Part shown: piece by piece, positions 19,855-30,546 of the stretch
How the letters are laid out: each line of letters starts with the position of its first letter
Position numbering within the stretch: position 1 is the first letter of the stretch
From: an uncultured bacterium
GTDB taxonomy: Bacteria; JAJVIF01; JAPKYR01
Reading direction: 5' to 3'
Length of the DNA stretch: 45,728 nucleotides
NCBI GenBank assembly: GCA_965369865.1
Contig: CBDURU010000017.1
Span: 1 to 45,728 of the forward strand
Notes under the pieces: generated by a model
Databases searched by the model: none
Told to the model about the DNA's origin: nothing
The model's input: only the letters and a program-made list of their open reading frames with translations
Position numbers and translations under genes: made by a program

Positions 19855-19925
19855 GGCGCAGCAAGCAGCGCCCCTACATATGGATTTTTTGTAATTCACC
19901 AGGGCGCAGCAAGCAGCGCCCTACA
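19855..19925. repeat. Two tandem GTAG-class REP copies
   Basis: ggcgcagcaagcagcgccc(c)taca twice; same family as 5160-5213. Confidence 0.75.
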
Positions 19926-20082
19926 ATATAAAAAAACATGCTTTCACCATACGCAGTTTAATAGATCTCATTTTCTTATATAATACCTGAGAAACCCGGT
20001 TCACACCGGGTTCCGCCGCATTGAAACTATTAATGTAACTTAGCTGGCTTTAATGTCCCTTAGGAAGGAGCAATTTTTCTGC

Positions 20083-21201
20083 GTGGCTTCACAACGTGGT
20101 AAAAAGAAGAATTCTTCGAGTAAATCGAAGAGTAATAATGTCACCAAAAGAGTAAGAGAAGAACGTGCCGACGCGTTCCGACGCGGTGTGAATACTGTCC
20201 TTGTCCTTGTTTTTATCGGTCTTTTCGCATATGGCGGATATTCGATATGGAATTTCCTGGGACGCCCGGGACTGCCTGAAAAACCGGGGATGGATAATAA
20301 CGCATGTGTCAAGCTCTATTTTTACGATAACGCGGTCACTTACCTGGTCCCGGTGAATCGATACATCACCCTTGAGCCGGGCGAAACCATTACCGCAAGG
20401 GCTATAAAGGAATTTTCAATCGGCCCGAACGACTCGTACCTCGCACGTGTATATCCCGCAAATATTCCAATCCCAGGGGTCCTTGTAAACGGTGAAGTGG
20501 CGATCGTCGACCTTCCGCTGGAAATAACCGCTCACCTTGGCGGCACTATGAGAGAGAAGGACCTCCTCAACGCCCTCTCACTTACTGTTATCGCGGCAGG
20601 GGAATGCGAATCGGTCCGGATTCTGATCGCCGGGGAGCCCCAGGACGCCACGCCGGAAGGATACGATCTTACCGAGCCGCTGAAGCCGCCGGAATATTTC
20701 AATCATGTTCCGGATTTCGGACTTCAGGGCGACTCAAAATGGATCTCAACCTGGTTTCTTGATTCATCAGCCAGGTATCTCGTTCCTTTAGCCCTCGAAG
20801 TGCCCGCGCAGGTTGAGGACGCCAGCGCAGCGATCGAGCGGCTTCTCAAGGATCCGCCGCAGCTTTCGTACCCGCCGCCGAGCCGTGTTTCCCCATCCGG
20901 TTACAGTCTTGAGCGATTAATCGTAGAAAGTGACGTCGCTACGGTGGATATATCGGTTCCCGATTCCCGAACCGCGTTTGCCGATCACGATGTAAATCTT
21001 TTCAGGCGGGCGGTGTACCTGACCCTGAAGGCATGCTGCGGTGTTACCGATATAAGAATTAAGATCAACGGTCGGGATATTGGCGATTATTCAAGGTTCG
21101 GAACCCTGCTTCCTGTGGCAAATGAAGATTCCTGGAATATCGAGAGCCAGGTGCCGGCCCAGGATTTCGACCAGGAATTAAATACGGAAGGCGGCGCGTG
21201 A
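20083..21201 (+). CDS. GerMN domain-containing membrane protein (two GerMN-like domains)
   Basis: TM helix, then VKLYFYD..YLVPV..R, GP, AIVDL, VRILIAGE, and a second copy (WFLD..YLVP, ATVDI, IRIKING); GTG at 20083 follows AGGAAGGAG. Confidence 0.8.
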   Translation: MASQRGKKKNSSSKSKSNNVTKRVREERADAFRRGVNTVLVLVFIGLFAYGGYSIWNFLGRPGLPEKPGMDNNACVKLYFYDNAVTYLVPVNRYITLEPGETITARAIKEFSIGPNDSYLARVYPANIPIPGVLVNGEVAIVDLPLEITAHLGGTMREKDLLNALSLTVIAAGECESVRILIAGEPQDATPEGYDLTEPLKPPEYFNHVPDFGLQGDSKWISTWFLDSSARYLVPLALEVPAQVEDASAAIERLLKDPPQLSYPPPSRVSPSGYSLERLIVESDVATVDISVPDSRTAFADHDVNLFRRAVYLTLKACCGVTDIRIKINGRDIGDYSRFGTLLPVANEDSWNIESQVPAQDFDQELNTEGGA

Positions 21202-23273
21202 CAAAAAAAGCAGCCATACTGAGAATTTTCACTGCCCTGGTCGGTGTATGGCTGGTATTTTTACCCATTACAGCCCTTCATGCTGAATCAGCTACATTCG
21301 GTGGAGCACCTCTCAGCCATTCGTATATAACCAGAGATGGAAGCATTTATGTCGCGCTTTCCGATATTAACGATCGCCTTGGTGTATCGGTTTTATTTGA
21401 CGGAACCCGCTTGATGCTCGGCGGGACTATCCACGGGACTCTTGTGGTTGACCCGTCAACGCACACGCTGATTATCAGAAATCGCACAATTGATTATAAA
21501 CATAACCTGGTTCTTGAAAATGAGGAATGGTATGTCCCGGAAGAGTTTCTTGAACGCGCTCTCGGTGTCACAACACTGATCGACACTGAAAGCGGGAATC
21601 TATCTCTTTATCCGCTCGTTGTTTCGATATTTCCGTGCGAAACGCTCGTACAAATCAACTCGTCTCTTGTCCCGAATTTCCAGACTTTTGAACTCAGCGA
21701 TCCACCCAGGCGGGTTATCGACATCACGAACGCCTGCCTGAACGTCACGAACCTGAGTGTCGGCAGCGATGACCTTGGGGTAGGGGGAGTGGCTGAAATC
21801 AGGGCAAGCCAGTGGCAGATCGATCCACCAACTGTGCGTGTGGTTATCGAATGGGATTCCGACCCAGCGCCCGGACATACTCTTTTCCCGGATAACAAGA
21901 GCCTTTCGATCATGATAGGCAGCAATGTATCAGGGGGGGCCCCAAGCTTCGGCCCGAATCTCCTTGAAACATCCCCGGAGACTCCTCAAATCACTGTTGA
22001 ACCAGCGGGCAATGCAACCATTGATAACCCTTTAATAGACCTACCTGTCCAGCCACCGGACCCAGGCGGCATTCCTCCCGGTGAGACAAGGCTGGAGCCG
22101 GTCCATCCGGTTGAAAATCCGATACCACAGGATCCTGATAACGAAGAAAATATCCCGCTGGCGGAACTCGGCTGGGATGTCGCTTTCGAAATGAGTCCGG
22201 AAGGTGAAATCACAACCACAATAACTGCCCCGGCATTTGACGAAATTAACGATTTCACCCTCGCCGGAGATGGGATGCGTATAGTCCTCGATCTGAAAGG
22301 AAGCGTTCTACAGGGCCATGGTGAACGTTATGTGGGCGGCCTTGGTGAAATTAACGGAATCAGGCTTGGGCAGTTCGATGAAAATACAACCCGCATCGTT
22401 TTCGACATGCAACGGGTGGTTGCCTACAAGCTCGAGAGTAACCCGGCTGAAGGAAATATCGTGATCAGGATTTTAAAGGGGGACCTGATCGGGAAAACCA
22501 TCTGTATCGATCCGGGTCACGGCGGACGGGATTCAGGGGCGCCAGGTCCAACTGTCGATGAAAAAGACCTGAATCTCGAAATGGCGTATTTCCTGAAGGG
22601 GTACCTTAAGGAGCAGGGCGCGAATGTTGTCATGACGCGCGAAACGGATATTTTCATTCCCCTCGCAAGCCGCATAAATATTGCGAGGCAGGCGCAGGCT
22701 GATCTATTTGTCTGCATTCATAACAACGCGACCGAGGAGCCGACCGCATTGCAGGGATCGCTGTTCCTCTATAGCGACCAGGATTTTATGCCTTTGTACA
22801 GGCTCGTTCATCGAGGGGTGGCGGCTCGTACCGGGGTGCCCGGACTTGGCCTGGTGGAGGATGAACGCGGACTTTATATCCTCCGTCATGCCGATGGAAT
22901 GCCGGTTGTCTTTGTCGAGGGTGCCTTTATGACCAACGCGGTCGACTACGCGAGGCTTACCGACCGGTCGCGCGTTTATTCGAAGAATATCATGCTTGGA
23001 GTTATGGACGGGATACTCGCGTATTATTCCGGACGCGATCTTCCGCCGGTTGAGTATCCGGACATTGGCGGCCGGATCGATGTCGGGATTTTCGATCTTG
23101 TCGGGGGGCCGGTTGTAATCGATCATGAAGCCGACACGGGAAGTGCGTGGGGCGATACTCCGCCGGAAACTGTCTCCGATACTGAAGAATCAACGGATGA
23201 GACGGCCGAGTCGGATGAAGAGGACAACGGCTATCACCGCAATAGGGGTCGCGGCGGTTACAGGTTCGATTAA
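21198..23273 (+). CDS. N-acetylmuramoyl-L-alanine amidase (Amidase_3) with AMIN domains
   Basis: ICIDPGHGGRDSGA, EKDLNL, TRETD, CIHNNA, FVEGAFMTN; AMIN-like LSDPPRRVIDI and GQFDENTTRIVFD; signal peptide; GTGA overlap with the GerMN gene. Confidence 0.92.
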   Translation: MTKKAAILRIFTALVGVWLVFLPITALHAESATFGGAPLSHSYITRDGSIYVALSDINDRLGVSVLFDGTRLMLGGTIHGTLVVDPSTHTLIIRNRTIDYKHNLVLENEEWYVPEEFLERALGVTTLIDTESGNLSLYPLVVSIFPCETLVQINSSLVPNFQTFELSDPPRRVIDITNACLNVTNLSVGSDDLGVGGVAEIRASQWQIDPPTVRVVIEWDSDPAPGHTLFPDNKSLSIMIGSNVSGGAPSFGPNLLETSPETPQITVEPAGNATIDNPLIDLPVQPPDPGGIPPGETRLEPVHPVENPIPQDPDNEENIPLAELGWDVAFEMSPEGEITTTITAPAFDEINDFTLAGDGMRIVLDLKGSVLQGHGERYVGGLGEINGIRLGQFDENTTRIVFDMQRVVAYKLESNPAEGNIVIRILKGDLIGKTICIDPGHGGRDSGAPGPTVDEKDLNLEMAYFLKGYLKEQGANVVMTRETDIFIPLASRINIARQAQADLFVCIHNNATEEPTALQGSLFLYSDQDFMPLYRLVHRGVAARTGVPGLGLVEDERGLYILRHADGMPVVFVEGAFMTNAVDYARLTDRSRVYSKNIMLGVMDGILAYYSGRDLPPVEYPDIGGRIDVGIFDLVGGPVVIDHEADTGSAWGDTPPETVSDTEESTDETAESDEEDNGYHRNRGRGGYRFD

Positions 23274-23286
23274 ACCTGAAATCTTT

Positions 23287-24918
23287 CTATCCCGGTGCCA
23301 GGGATGCTATCACCCACCAATTACCATCCATCACGATTGCCGAAATTCTATTTATAGATCTATAGAGAAATTGCTCACCGGTTGATGTCGTGCCGGAGTT
23401 GAAACCATCCTGGTTCCCCAGACGGTTGAAATCACCGGGGCTTACAACAATAAATTCGATGTCATCCGGGAGTACGATCGGGGAAACAGGCTCGGTTCGG
23501 ATGAGATGCCAGGCTTCGGGATGGACTTTTCCCATATGGGCGTAATAAAGGTTCGCGCGATCCATGTTGGTGCCGAATTCGAACGCGTACGCGGCCTGGG
23601 GAAAGATCGCGTGAGATTCGGGAAGGTAAATCTGCACCTGCCGAAAATGCTCCATTGAGACAATAACGGTTTTATCGGATGGGAAATTCTCCCTGATCGC
23701 GGTTACGAACGCATCGACACGGTCTTCTGAATTCCTTATCGACGCCAGGCTGAAAAATTCATTGTTCCGACCGGTCCAGTGATTCATGAGTGTCAATGAG
23801 ACAAAGATAACCAGGATGGCAGTCACTAATTTTAACATCGATTTCCGGCTGAAAGTAATAATACTCGCGATCCAGATAAGGCATCTGACGAGTCCGATCG
23901 CCGCCAGGGGCATGAAAAACATCAGGTATCCGGGATGTGTCAGGTTCTTTGTCATGAAAAGAAAAGCGGGGATGATCCATAACAGGACAAGTAGTGCGGT
24001 TCGCTTTAAGGATGGGATTGATTCCCCAGGCTTGTTTTTCATTTTTACAAGGATAATAATTCCCGCTCCAAGGCTGTAAATAACCGGCAGGACCGCGAAA
24101 TATCCAAGGCCGCCGAACGCGGACTTTCGGAAGATGTCGAGGTTTGCCAGGATGTTATCAATCGCAAATGGCCGAACGAACGGACCCGCTTCCGCCTGAA
24201 ACGCGAGAATATATTTATTCAATCCTCCAGTCATTATGAGCATGGGTATTAACCAGATAAGCATCGCGACGATCAGATGAAAAGCGAATTTGATCCATGA
24301 CAGCCTTCGATTGGTGTACATCGCGTACAGGGCCAGGGGCAGCGCGAACCAGAGGAAGGTCATTCGGAATCCAGAAAACAATCCAAGCGCCCAGGGTAGT
24401 AACCAGGGGGGGGTGTGGGATTCCCCGCCATCGGATGGGTGAATAACCAGCCAGTCTGAAACGATCAAGAGAAACGCGGCGGCAAATGCGGCTTCGATGG
24501 AATATGTATTCGGGTATGAAACGAAAAACCCTCCTAAGGGGGAAACGATAAAAATAATTGCCGCGCCAAATCCAGTGGCGTTGTCGAATAATTTAAGCCC
24601 AATTTGATAAACGAGTGCTGCCCCGATCGCAAATAAACATATGGACAGAAGCCACATAGCGAGTTGGCCATCGATTACTAGCAACTTGATCAACCAGCTT
24701 GAGAACACATACAGGGGATTGCCGGGCGGATGCGGCTGGTGGGCAAGGATATCGAATTTATCCAGGGCAAGTAAATACTGGATATTGTCCCAGTCGTACA
24801 GGATTGTTACACGGTCGGGCGCGCGGTAAAGTAGGGTGAGAATAAAGAAGCCGATTGGAAGCGCGAAGCGCGAGAAGTTTAAACGGGATTTTGAATAGGA
24901 ATCTGCCACCTCGGGCAA
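23287..24918 (-). CDS. DUF2723-like / GT-C fold membrane glycosyltransferase
   Basis: YDWD...HQPHPPGNPLY motif and multiple TM helices. The true start may be GTG at 24909. Confidence 0.65.
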   Translation of the reverse strand: MPEVADSYSKSRLNFSRFALPIGFFILTLLYRAPDRVTILYDWDNIQYLLALDKFDILAHQPHPPGNPLYVFSSWLIKLLVIDGQLAMWLLSICLFAIGAALVYQIGLKLFDNATGFGAAIIFIVSPLGGFFVSYPNTYSIEAAFAAAFLLIVSDWLVIHPSDGGESHTPPWLLPWALGLFSGFRMTFLWFALPLALYAMYTNRRLSWIKFAFHLIVAMLIWLIPMLIMTGGLNKYILAFQAEAGPFVRPFAIDNILANLDIFRKSAFGGLGYFAVLPVIYSLGAGIIILVKMKNKPGESIPSLKRTALLVLLWIIPAFLFMTKNLTHPGYLMFFMPLAAIGLVRCLIWIASIITFSRKSMLKLVTAILVIFVSLTLMNHWTGRNNEFFSLASIRNSEDRVDAFVTAIRENFPSDKTVIVSMEHFRQVQIYLPESHAIFPQAAYAFEFGTNMDRANLYYAHMGKVHPEAWHLIRTEPVSPIVLPDDIEFIVVSPGDFNRLGNQDGFNSGTTSTGEQFLYRSINRISAIVMDGNWWVIASLAPG

Positions 24919-24958
24919 TTATACTTGCGAGAACTTTGTAAGTCATGTAATTGGTTAA

Positions 24959-25110
24959 TAACAGTAGCCTGACCGTGAGGGAGGGTATATTAAGGCTGTT
25001 ATGGTCTGGAGCCCTCCCTGATGGTCAGCCTACTGTTATCCACTCCCTGACGGTCGCGGCTCTGATACGCGGCTACTGTTATTCACTCCCTGACGGTCGC
25101 GGCTCTGTTA
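24959..25110. repeat. REP cluster (cactccctgacggtcgcggctctg family)
   Basis: Two identical cactccctgacggtcgcggctctg units, one degenerate copy and one inverted copy (acagtagcctgaccgtgagggaggg). Confidence 0.85.
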
Positions 25111-25133
25111 CGTGGCTGATACATGGCGTCTGA

Positions 25134-26603
25134 CTATCCCATCCCGTTTTTTGCTAACCTCTTACACAATTCCAGTGCAGCTTCCTCGGTCTCTACCTCT
25201 CCCATTACCTGCGCTTCCGCAACCTGCCTTAATAAATGCCCGATCATCGGTCCCGGGGGAATTTTGAGTTCGTGCATGATCGTCCCGCCATCGATAAGCT
25301 GCGGAGGTCTGACAACGATTTCAGTACGATTGTAAAAGCTGTCCAGGAGATAATCGGCGGCTTTACAATGTCGTTCATTGACCTCATCCGTAACCATCTC
25401 ACCCTGCGCGCTGTAGCGGTCGGCAAGCGAAACAAGAATAATCCCCACCGCGGCGTCGTCATAGTCGCGGAAGAACCGGTACGCGACCCTTGGACGTTCG
25501 GTATTTTTCGGGATCAGGAATCCGGGGCGAAGGTGCCCCTCGATCAAAGCGCACATGAAATCCCGTTCGTAACCGGGGAATTTAAGATAGTTGAGGTAAT
25601 CCCGGACAAGGTTAGCACCCAGACGTTCGTGCCCGATGAATGTTATCCGGCCATCGTCCTTAATCTCTTTGCAGTGAGGTTTCGCGATATCGTGAAGGAG
25701 CATACCGAGTTTGAGCAGAGACCTGCGGGAATGCCCGGACGGGTATTCGACGTCGATATATTCCCTGATTCTTCCCTCGTATAATTTCAGGACCTCATCC
25801 TCTAGCCTAAGGAGCTTCTCCAACTGGCGAATTGATTCAATCGTATGATCCCAGACATCTAGGTGATGGTAATCGTTTTGAGTGACCTCTTTCTGTAAAA
25901 TAAGTTCCGGGAACAATGTTCTGAGGACACCATTAGAATCCATCAGCAGAATAATTTGATCGGCGCCATCGGGATCGAGTGCCTGCAGCAATTCAAGCTG
26001 GATTCTTTCACCTGCCACATGCCTGAGTTTCAGTGACCGGTTGTTTATTTCCTTCAGGGTCCCTGGATCGATTTCAAATCCGAGCTGTGCGGCGAATCGA
26101 AACGCCCGGAGAAGGCGTAGCGGGTCCTCATCGAATATCTCGGGCGAGGTTGCCCTGATGATCTTTTTGCCGATATCCGCAAGCCCATTGGCGGGATCGA
26201 AAATTTTACCTTTACCCTCACCGGTAAGTCCGATCGCCATCGCGTTGATTGTAAAATCCCTGCGCGTAAGGTCCTTCTCGCGTGTACCGCCTACCGGGTC
26301 TGTAAAATCCACCTGAGGACAGTCCTGGCTGACAACCCGGTATATCGCCTGCTCATGCGTATATTCAACAAGCCTTCTGTTTGTCTTTTCGGCAAATGCA
26401 GACGCAAGGTTGCGCGCGGTATCAGGGGTCGAGGTTGCAATATCGAGGTCTTTTACAGGCCTTCCGATTAGAAGGTCCCGTACAGCCCCGCCAACCACAG
26501 AAGGCATCGTATCGTCACATTCCTGAAGCGATTCAATCGTTTTTATTTCCGGACCCCATACCGGGTCGGCGAGAAGGAGTTCGTATGTGTCGAAGCCTGC
26601 CAT
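25134..26603 (-). CDS. CCA-adding tRNA nucleotidyltransferase / poly(A) polymerase family protein with HD domain
   Basis: VGGAVRDLL..DLD, DLTRRDFTINAMA, EDPLRLLRAFRF, HHLDVWDHT, LLHDIAKP; ATG at 26603 preferred to the ORF-track start at 26669. Confidence 0.92.
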   Translation of the reverse strand: MAGFDTYELLLADPVWGPEIKTIESLQECDDTMPSVVGGAVRDLLIGRPVKDLDIATSTPDTARNLASAFAEKTNRRLVEYTHEQAIYRVVSQDCPQVDFTDPVGGTREKDLTRRDFTINAMAIGLTGEGKGKIFDPANGLADIGKKIIRATSPEIFDEDPLRLLRAFRFAAQLGFEIDPGTLKEINNRSLKLRHVAGERIQLELLQALDPDGADQIILLMDSNGVLRTLFPELILQKEVTQNDYHHLDVWDHTIESIRQLEKLLRLEDEVLKLYEGRIREYIDVEYPSGHSRRSLLKLGMLLHDIAKPHCKEIKDDGRITFIGHERLGANLVRDYLNYLKFPGYERDFMCALIEGHLRPGFLIPKNTERPRVAYRFFRDYDDAAVGIILVSLADRYSAQGEMVTDEVNERHCKAADYLLDSFYNRTEIVVRPPQLIDGGTIMHELKIPPGPMIGHLLRQVAEAQVMGEVETEEAALELCKRLAKNGMG

Positions 26604-26736
26604 GGATTTAATGCCGGGTAATTTTGACTTGTTTATATTATATTCACTTTTTACCCTGATGTCCCTCAAACGGGGTAGTTTCCAATTTCAAAATCAGCGA
26701 TAAATTCCAATGTAAATTATGTATAATCCACTTTGA

Positions 26737-27741
26737 GTGGCTGAACACACAGAAAATTCAGATAATCACGCCCGGCTTCAAACTCCTGAACATGCAAAAT
26801 TTTCAATGGAGAAAGACTGGCAAAAAGCTCGAGCCGAGACCAGCGGTTCAGCCATGCTCGCGATTATCGTTATCGGGATTATGGCCTTTGTTAAACTTGT
26901 TGCCGGGCTTCTCATTAATTCTGTGGCGTTACTCTCCGAGGGCCTCCACACTTTCATCGATCTGTTCGCCGCCATAATAAGTTACTACACGGTGAAAGCC
27001 GCCGCGGCGCCGGCCGATTCGGAACATCGCTACGGCCACGGCAAGATAGACAATATCGCGGGAATTATCCAGGCAGCATTTATTTTCGTTCCGACAATCA
27101 TAATTATTTACCGGGCGATTATCGGAATCATCAATCTCGAAACAGTTCTGACCGGTGGTGGTGTCGGATTCGGTACCCTGGTCATGCTGCTGACAATATT
27201 GGTAAATATTTACCTCGCAATCAGGCTTCTCAATGTCGCTAAAAAACACAAGAGCGAGGCTATCCGTGCCGCGGCATACCATCAATTGAACGATCTATGG
27301 ACTTCGCTGGGAGTTTTTCTCGCACTCGGAATTATCTGGCTTAAACCGGAATGGAAAATTCTCGATCCGATAGTCGCCCTTCTGGTTACGGGAATTTCGA
27401 TCCATATGGCGTTCAGCCTGCTTAAGGTCAGCATTGACAGGCTTGTCGATAAATCCGCGGGCGTGAAGGTGGACCGGTCAATTCTTGATGTCCTCGATTC
27501 GAAAAAACCTCTGGTCAGGGGATATCATAACCTGCGAACGCGCATGGCGGGCTCGACCGTTTATATCGACCTGCACGTTGAAATCTGCGGGGAGCTTTCA
27601 TTCCATGAGGCCCACACTCTGACCGAAGAGATCGAAAGAGAGATTATGGAGAAACTGGATGAATCGGACGTGATTATCCATATCGATCCATGTGTTGATG
27701 ATTGTGAAAATTGCGAATTGGATCGGGGAAAGCGAGGGTAA
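26737..27741 (+). CDS. Cation diffusion facilitator (FieF-like) transporter
   Basis: SVALLSEGLHTFID, HRYGHGK, HQLND, HNLRTR, DLHVE, IIHIDP. Confidence 0.93.
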   Translation: MAEHTENSDNHARLQTPEHAKFSMEKDWQKARAETSGSAMLAIIVIGIMAFVKLVAGLLINSVALLSEGLHTFIDLFAAIISYYTVKAAAAPADSEHRYGHGKIDNIAGIIQAAFIFVPTIIIIYRAIIGIINLETVLTGGGVGFGTLVMLLTILVNIYLAIRLLNVAKKHKSEAIRAAAYHQLNDLWTSLGVFLALGIIWLKPEWKILDPIVALLVTGISIHMAFSLLKVSIDRLVDKSAGVKVDRSILDVLDSKKPLVRGYHNLRTRMAGSTVYIDLHVEICGELSFHEAHTLTEEIEREIMEKLDESDVIIHIDPCVDDCENCELDRGKRG

Positions 27742-27747
27742 ATTAAT

Positions 27748-27788
27748 AAAAAAATACCCGGTTAAATTTCAATACCGGGTTTGAATTT
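27748..27788. terminator. Bidirectional intrinsic terminator between the CDF gene and iscU
   Basis: A-tract, stem acccggt/accgggt, T-rich tail; convergent genes. Confidence 0.6.
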
Positions 27789-27807
27789 CCCGCAAAAGAA
27801 ACAGGTT

Positions 27808-28320
27808 TTATTTATCGGTTGTTCCAGCCTTCCTGGCCTGTTCACGTCGCAGGGAACATTCAGTATGGTGGAGTTCCAGGTCGCCAAGATCAGCATCTTC
27901 GTCTTCCTGTAACTTGCGCCAGTTCTCCTCAAGGGCCTTCAGGGCTTGCTGTGCGAGTATTGAGCAATGGACCTTGACCGGTGGAAGGTCCAGTTCCTTC
28001 GCGATATCCATATTCTTGATCTCCATCGCTTCCGTGAGGGTTTTCCCCTTGATCCACTCGGTGAGGAGGGATGTCGAAGCGACCGCGCTGCCGCAGCCGT
28101 AAGTCTTGAATTTTACATCGAGAATTTGCTCGGTTTCAGGGTCGATTTTAATCTGGATGCGCATTGTATCCCCGCATGCGGGTGACCCGACAATTCCCGT
28201 GACAACGTTCTCCTCGTCTTCATCGAAAGCACCCATATTTCGCGGGTTTTCGAAATGGTCCATTAACTTGTCTGAATAACCGAGAATATGTCTCGGCTTT
28301 GTAGCTTTCTCGTCTGACAT
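27808..28320 (-). CDS. iscU: Fe-S cluster assembly scaffold IscU/NifU-N
   Basis: YSDKLMDHFENPRN, GSPACGD, FKTYGCGSA, LPPVKVHCS. Confidence 0.95.
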   Translation of the reverse strand: MSDEKATKPRHILGYSDKLMDHFENPRNMGAFDEDEENVVTGIVGSPACGDTMRIQIKIDPETEQILDVKFKTYGCGSAVASTSLLTEWIKGKTLTEAMEIKNMDIAKELDLPPVKVHCSILAQQALKALEENWRKLQEDEDADLGDLELHHTECSLRREQARKAGTTDK

Positions 28321-28400
28321 CTTAATCCTTTAACCGGTGGCACCGCACTGTCATTTCAAATCGGAATGTCCCCGGTGTTTATTTTGCTTTATTATTTAAA

Positions 28401-29633
28401 TCAATGTTCATGCTGTGGATCGTTCCAGTCGATAGTGTCAAGATCGACTCCCTTCTGAGCCAGTTCAAATAATGGACTCATTTCCCTGAGCCTGTCAACA
28501 GCATGGACAAGTTTCTCAATCGTTAAGTCAACCTCATTTTCGGTATTAAACCTTCCAAGCGAAAACCTGAGCGATGCATGTGCCAAAGCGTCTGAGCATC
28601 CCATCGCGTCAAGAACATAACTCTTGGACAGGGTCGCGGATGTACATGCCGATCCGGATGAAAGGGCTACGTCCTTGAGCATGAGCATAATACTCTCACC
28701 CTCGATGTAATTAAAGCTGAGATTTGTGGTGTTGGGAAGGCGTTCCTCGCGATGCCCGTTAACGTAGACTTCATCGATTCGTTCGAGGATGCCATTTTCC
28801 AGGCGATCCCTGAGAACCCTGATTCCCAGGCTTTCGGTCTCCATTTCATTTTGGCACAACTCGCACGTATGCCCAAAACCGACAATGCCGGGGACATTTA
28901 ATGTTCCCGATCTCATCTTCTGTTCGTGTCCACCCCCGTGAATAACCGGGTTCGGCCGGACTCTCGGTTTCCGGCTTCTTGCATACAATGCGCCGACTCC
29001 CTTGGGCCCATACATTTTATGAGCCGACATTGAGAGAAGATGTATTCCCATATTCTCAACATCGATCGGGACCTTGCCGACCGCCTGCGTGGCATCGCAA
29101 TGGAAAAATACATTGTGGTTACCCGCGATCTTCCCGATTTCCGTAATTGGATGGATCACCCCTGTCTCATTGTTGGCGTACATCACGCTGATGAGGACCG
29201 TCTCAGGCGTAATCGCGTTCTCAACCTGCTCCGGGTTTATCCTTCCATCGGTGCCAACATCCAGGAGTGTGACCTTTTTTCCAAGCCCTTCAAGGTACGC
29301 GGCGCAATCAAGCACAGCCTTGTGCTCGGTTTTCACGGTAATCAAGTGATTACCTTTGTCAGCATACTTACCCAGTGTTCCAATTAGCGCGATATTGTCG
29401 GATTCCGTGGCTCCCGATGTGAATATTATATCCTTAACCTGTGCCCCGATAAGGGTTGCGATCTGCCCGCGGGCAGCATCTACCGCGTCAGACGCGTCCC
29501 AGCCGAAACTGTGGGAAGTGCTGGCGGCATTGCCAAAGTTCTCCTTGAAATAAGGCAGCATCGCCTCCAGTACCCTGGGATCGACTGGAGTTGTTGCGTT
29601 GTTGTCAAAATAAATCCGGTCTTTTACAGACAT
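28401..29633 (-). CDS. iscS: Cysteine desulfurase IscS
   Basis: YFDNNATTP, FGNAAS, FTSGATESDN, SAHKMYGPKG, SSGSACTS; ATG at 29633 follows GGAAGGA. Confidence 0.96.
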   Translation of the reverse strand: MSVKDRIYFDNNATTPVDPRVLEAMLPYFKENFGNAASTSHSFGWDASDAVDAARGQIATLIGAQVKDIIFTSGATESDNIALIGTLGKYADKGNHLITVKTEHKAVLDCAAYLEGLGKKVTLLDVGTDGRINPEQVENAITPETVLISVMYANNETGVIHPITEIGKIAGNHNVFFHCDATQAVGKVPIDVENMGIHLLSMSAHKMYGPKGVGALYARSRKPRVRPNPVIHGGGHEQKMRSGTLNVPGIVGFGHTCELCQNEMETESLGIRVLRDRLENGILERIDEVYVNGHREERLPNTTNLSFNYIEGESIMLMLKDVALSSGSACTSATLSKSYVLDAMGCSDALAHASLRFSLGRFNTENEVDLTIEKLVHAVDRLREMSPLFELAQKGVDLDTIDWNDPQHEH

Positions 29634-29871
29634 ATTCAGGTTTCCTTCCAACCTGGAAGCAGGCGCCAGTCTGAATGGCACCGTAAACCAATATATCATA
29701 ACCATGGTTAAATTAATACCCGGTGAATCATTTGTGGCAATAATTTAGCTAAACAGGGCAAACCGGCCATCTATTGAATGACCGGTTTATTAAGTCATCG
29801 AACCTGTTAATTAAAAATCCCCGCGAAATCTACCCACCCATAAAGGAGGCAATCATATGCCTGGGATAATT

Positions 29872-30546
29872 CTAATCAAGATCGTCCCGTATATCCGCAA
29901 GCATATCGCGTATTCTTTTCCAGCTTTTCTTGAGAAGCCTCGAAAGGTAGCTTCTTGAAATTTTCATCCGCTTGGCAACCTGTTTTGGCTCCTCTTCCCT
30001 GAGAACCACGGCTACAAATGCATTCTTCTCCTTTTCGGGAAGCACATCGACACATTCGTAAATCCTGTCGAGAAGGAACGAATCCTCCGCATGCGCGTTC
30101 GGATCCGCTTTCGGGTCCGGGATATTCTGCATCAACAACGCAAGTTGATCGCTTTCCGACATATTCTGGGGGTACTTAACCAGCTTCTGCAGATAGGTCA
30201 GCGCGCGTCCCTTGATTCTGAATCTGGCGTAAGTGGAAAATTTAAAACCCCTCTCAGGCTCAAAACGCTCTATCGCTTCTACCAGGCCGACCACGCCTTC
30301 CTGGAATAAATCGAGATATACCTGCTCGGATGGTTTTAGAATCGTAACAATTTTACAGACTAGAGGCTGGTACCTGTAGATCAGCTCCTGCCGAGCTTCT
30401 AGTGAATCCTTTTCCTTGTATTCCATCCACAGCTTTCGCTCTTCGATGGGTTTCAGTAAAGGAATCTTGGATAACTGCTTAAATAATTCGTCCGCGAATG
30501 CTGCCACAACGTCTCCCTCTAACTGGACGGCCACCATTATAGTCAT
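29872..30546 (-). CDS. Alternative sigma-70 family RNA polymerase sigma factor (regions 2 and 4)
   Basis: DLFQEGVVGLVEAIERFEPERGFKFSTYARFRIKG and a C-terminal HTH (VAKRMKISRSYLSRL). The real start may be GTG at 30507 after GAGGGAG. Confidence 0.9.
   Translation of the reverse strand: MTIMVAVQLEGDVVAAFADELFKQLSKIPLLKPIEERKLWMEYKEKDSLEARQELIYRYQPLVCKIVTILKPSEQVYLDLFQEGVVGLVEAIERFEPERGFKFSTYARFRIKGRALTYLQKLVKYPQNMSESDQLALLMQNIPDPKADPNAHAEDSFLLDRIYECVDVLPEKEKNAFVAVVLREEEPKQVAKRMKISRSYLSRLLKKSWKRIRDMLADIRDDLD

Noticed and set aside
24951..25133. 60-aa ORF containing a repeated peptide
   Set aside because: It is a translation of the REP cluster.
29755..29790. c-di-GMP-I riboswitch (GGCAAACC word; also on the minus strand near 19840 and 41110)
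   Set aside because: No GAAA-capped stem followed by GACGCAAA; the 29760 site is better explained as a simple hairpin or terminator.
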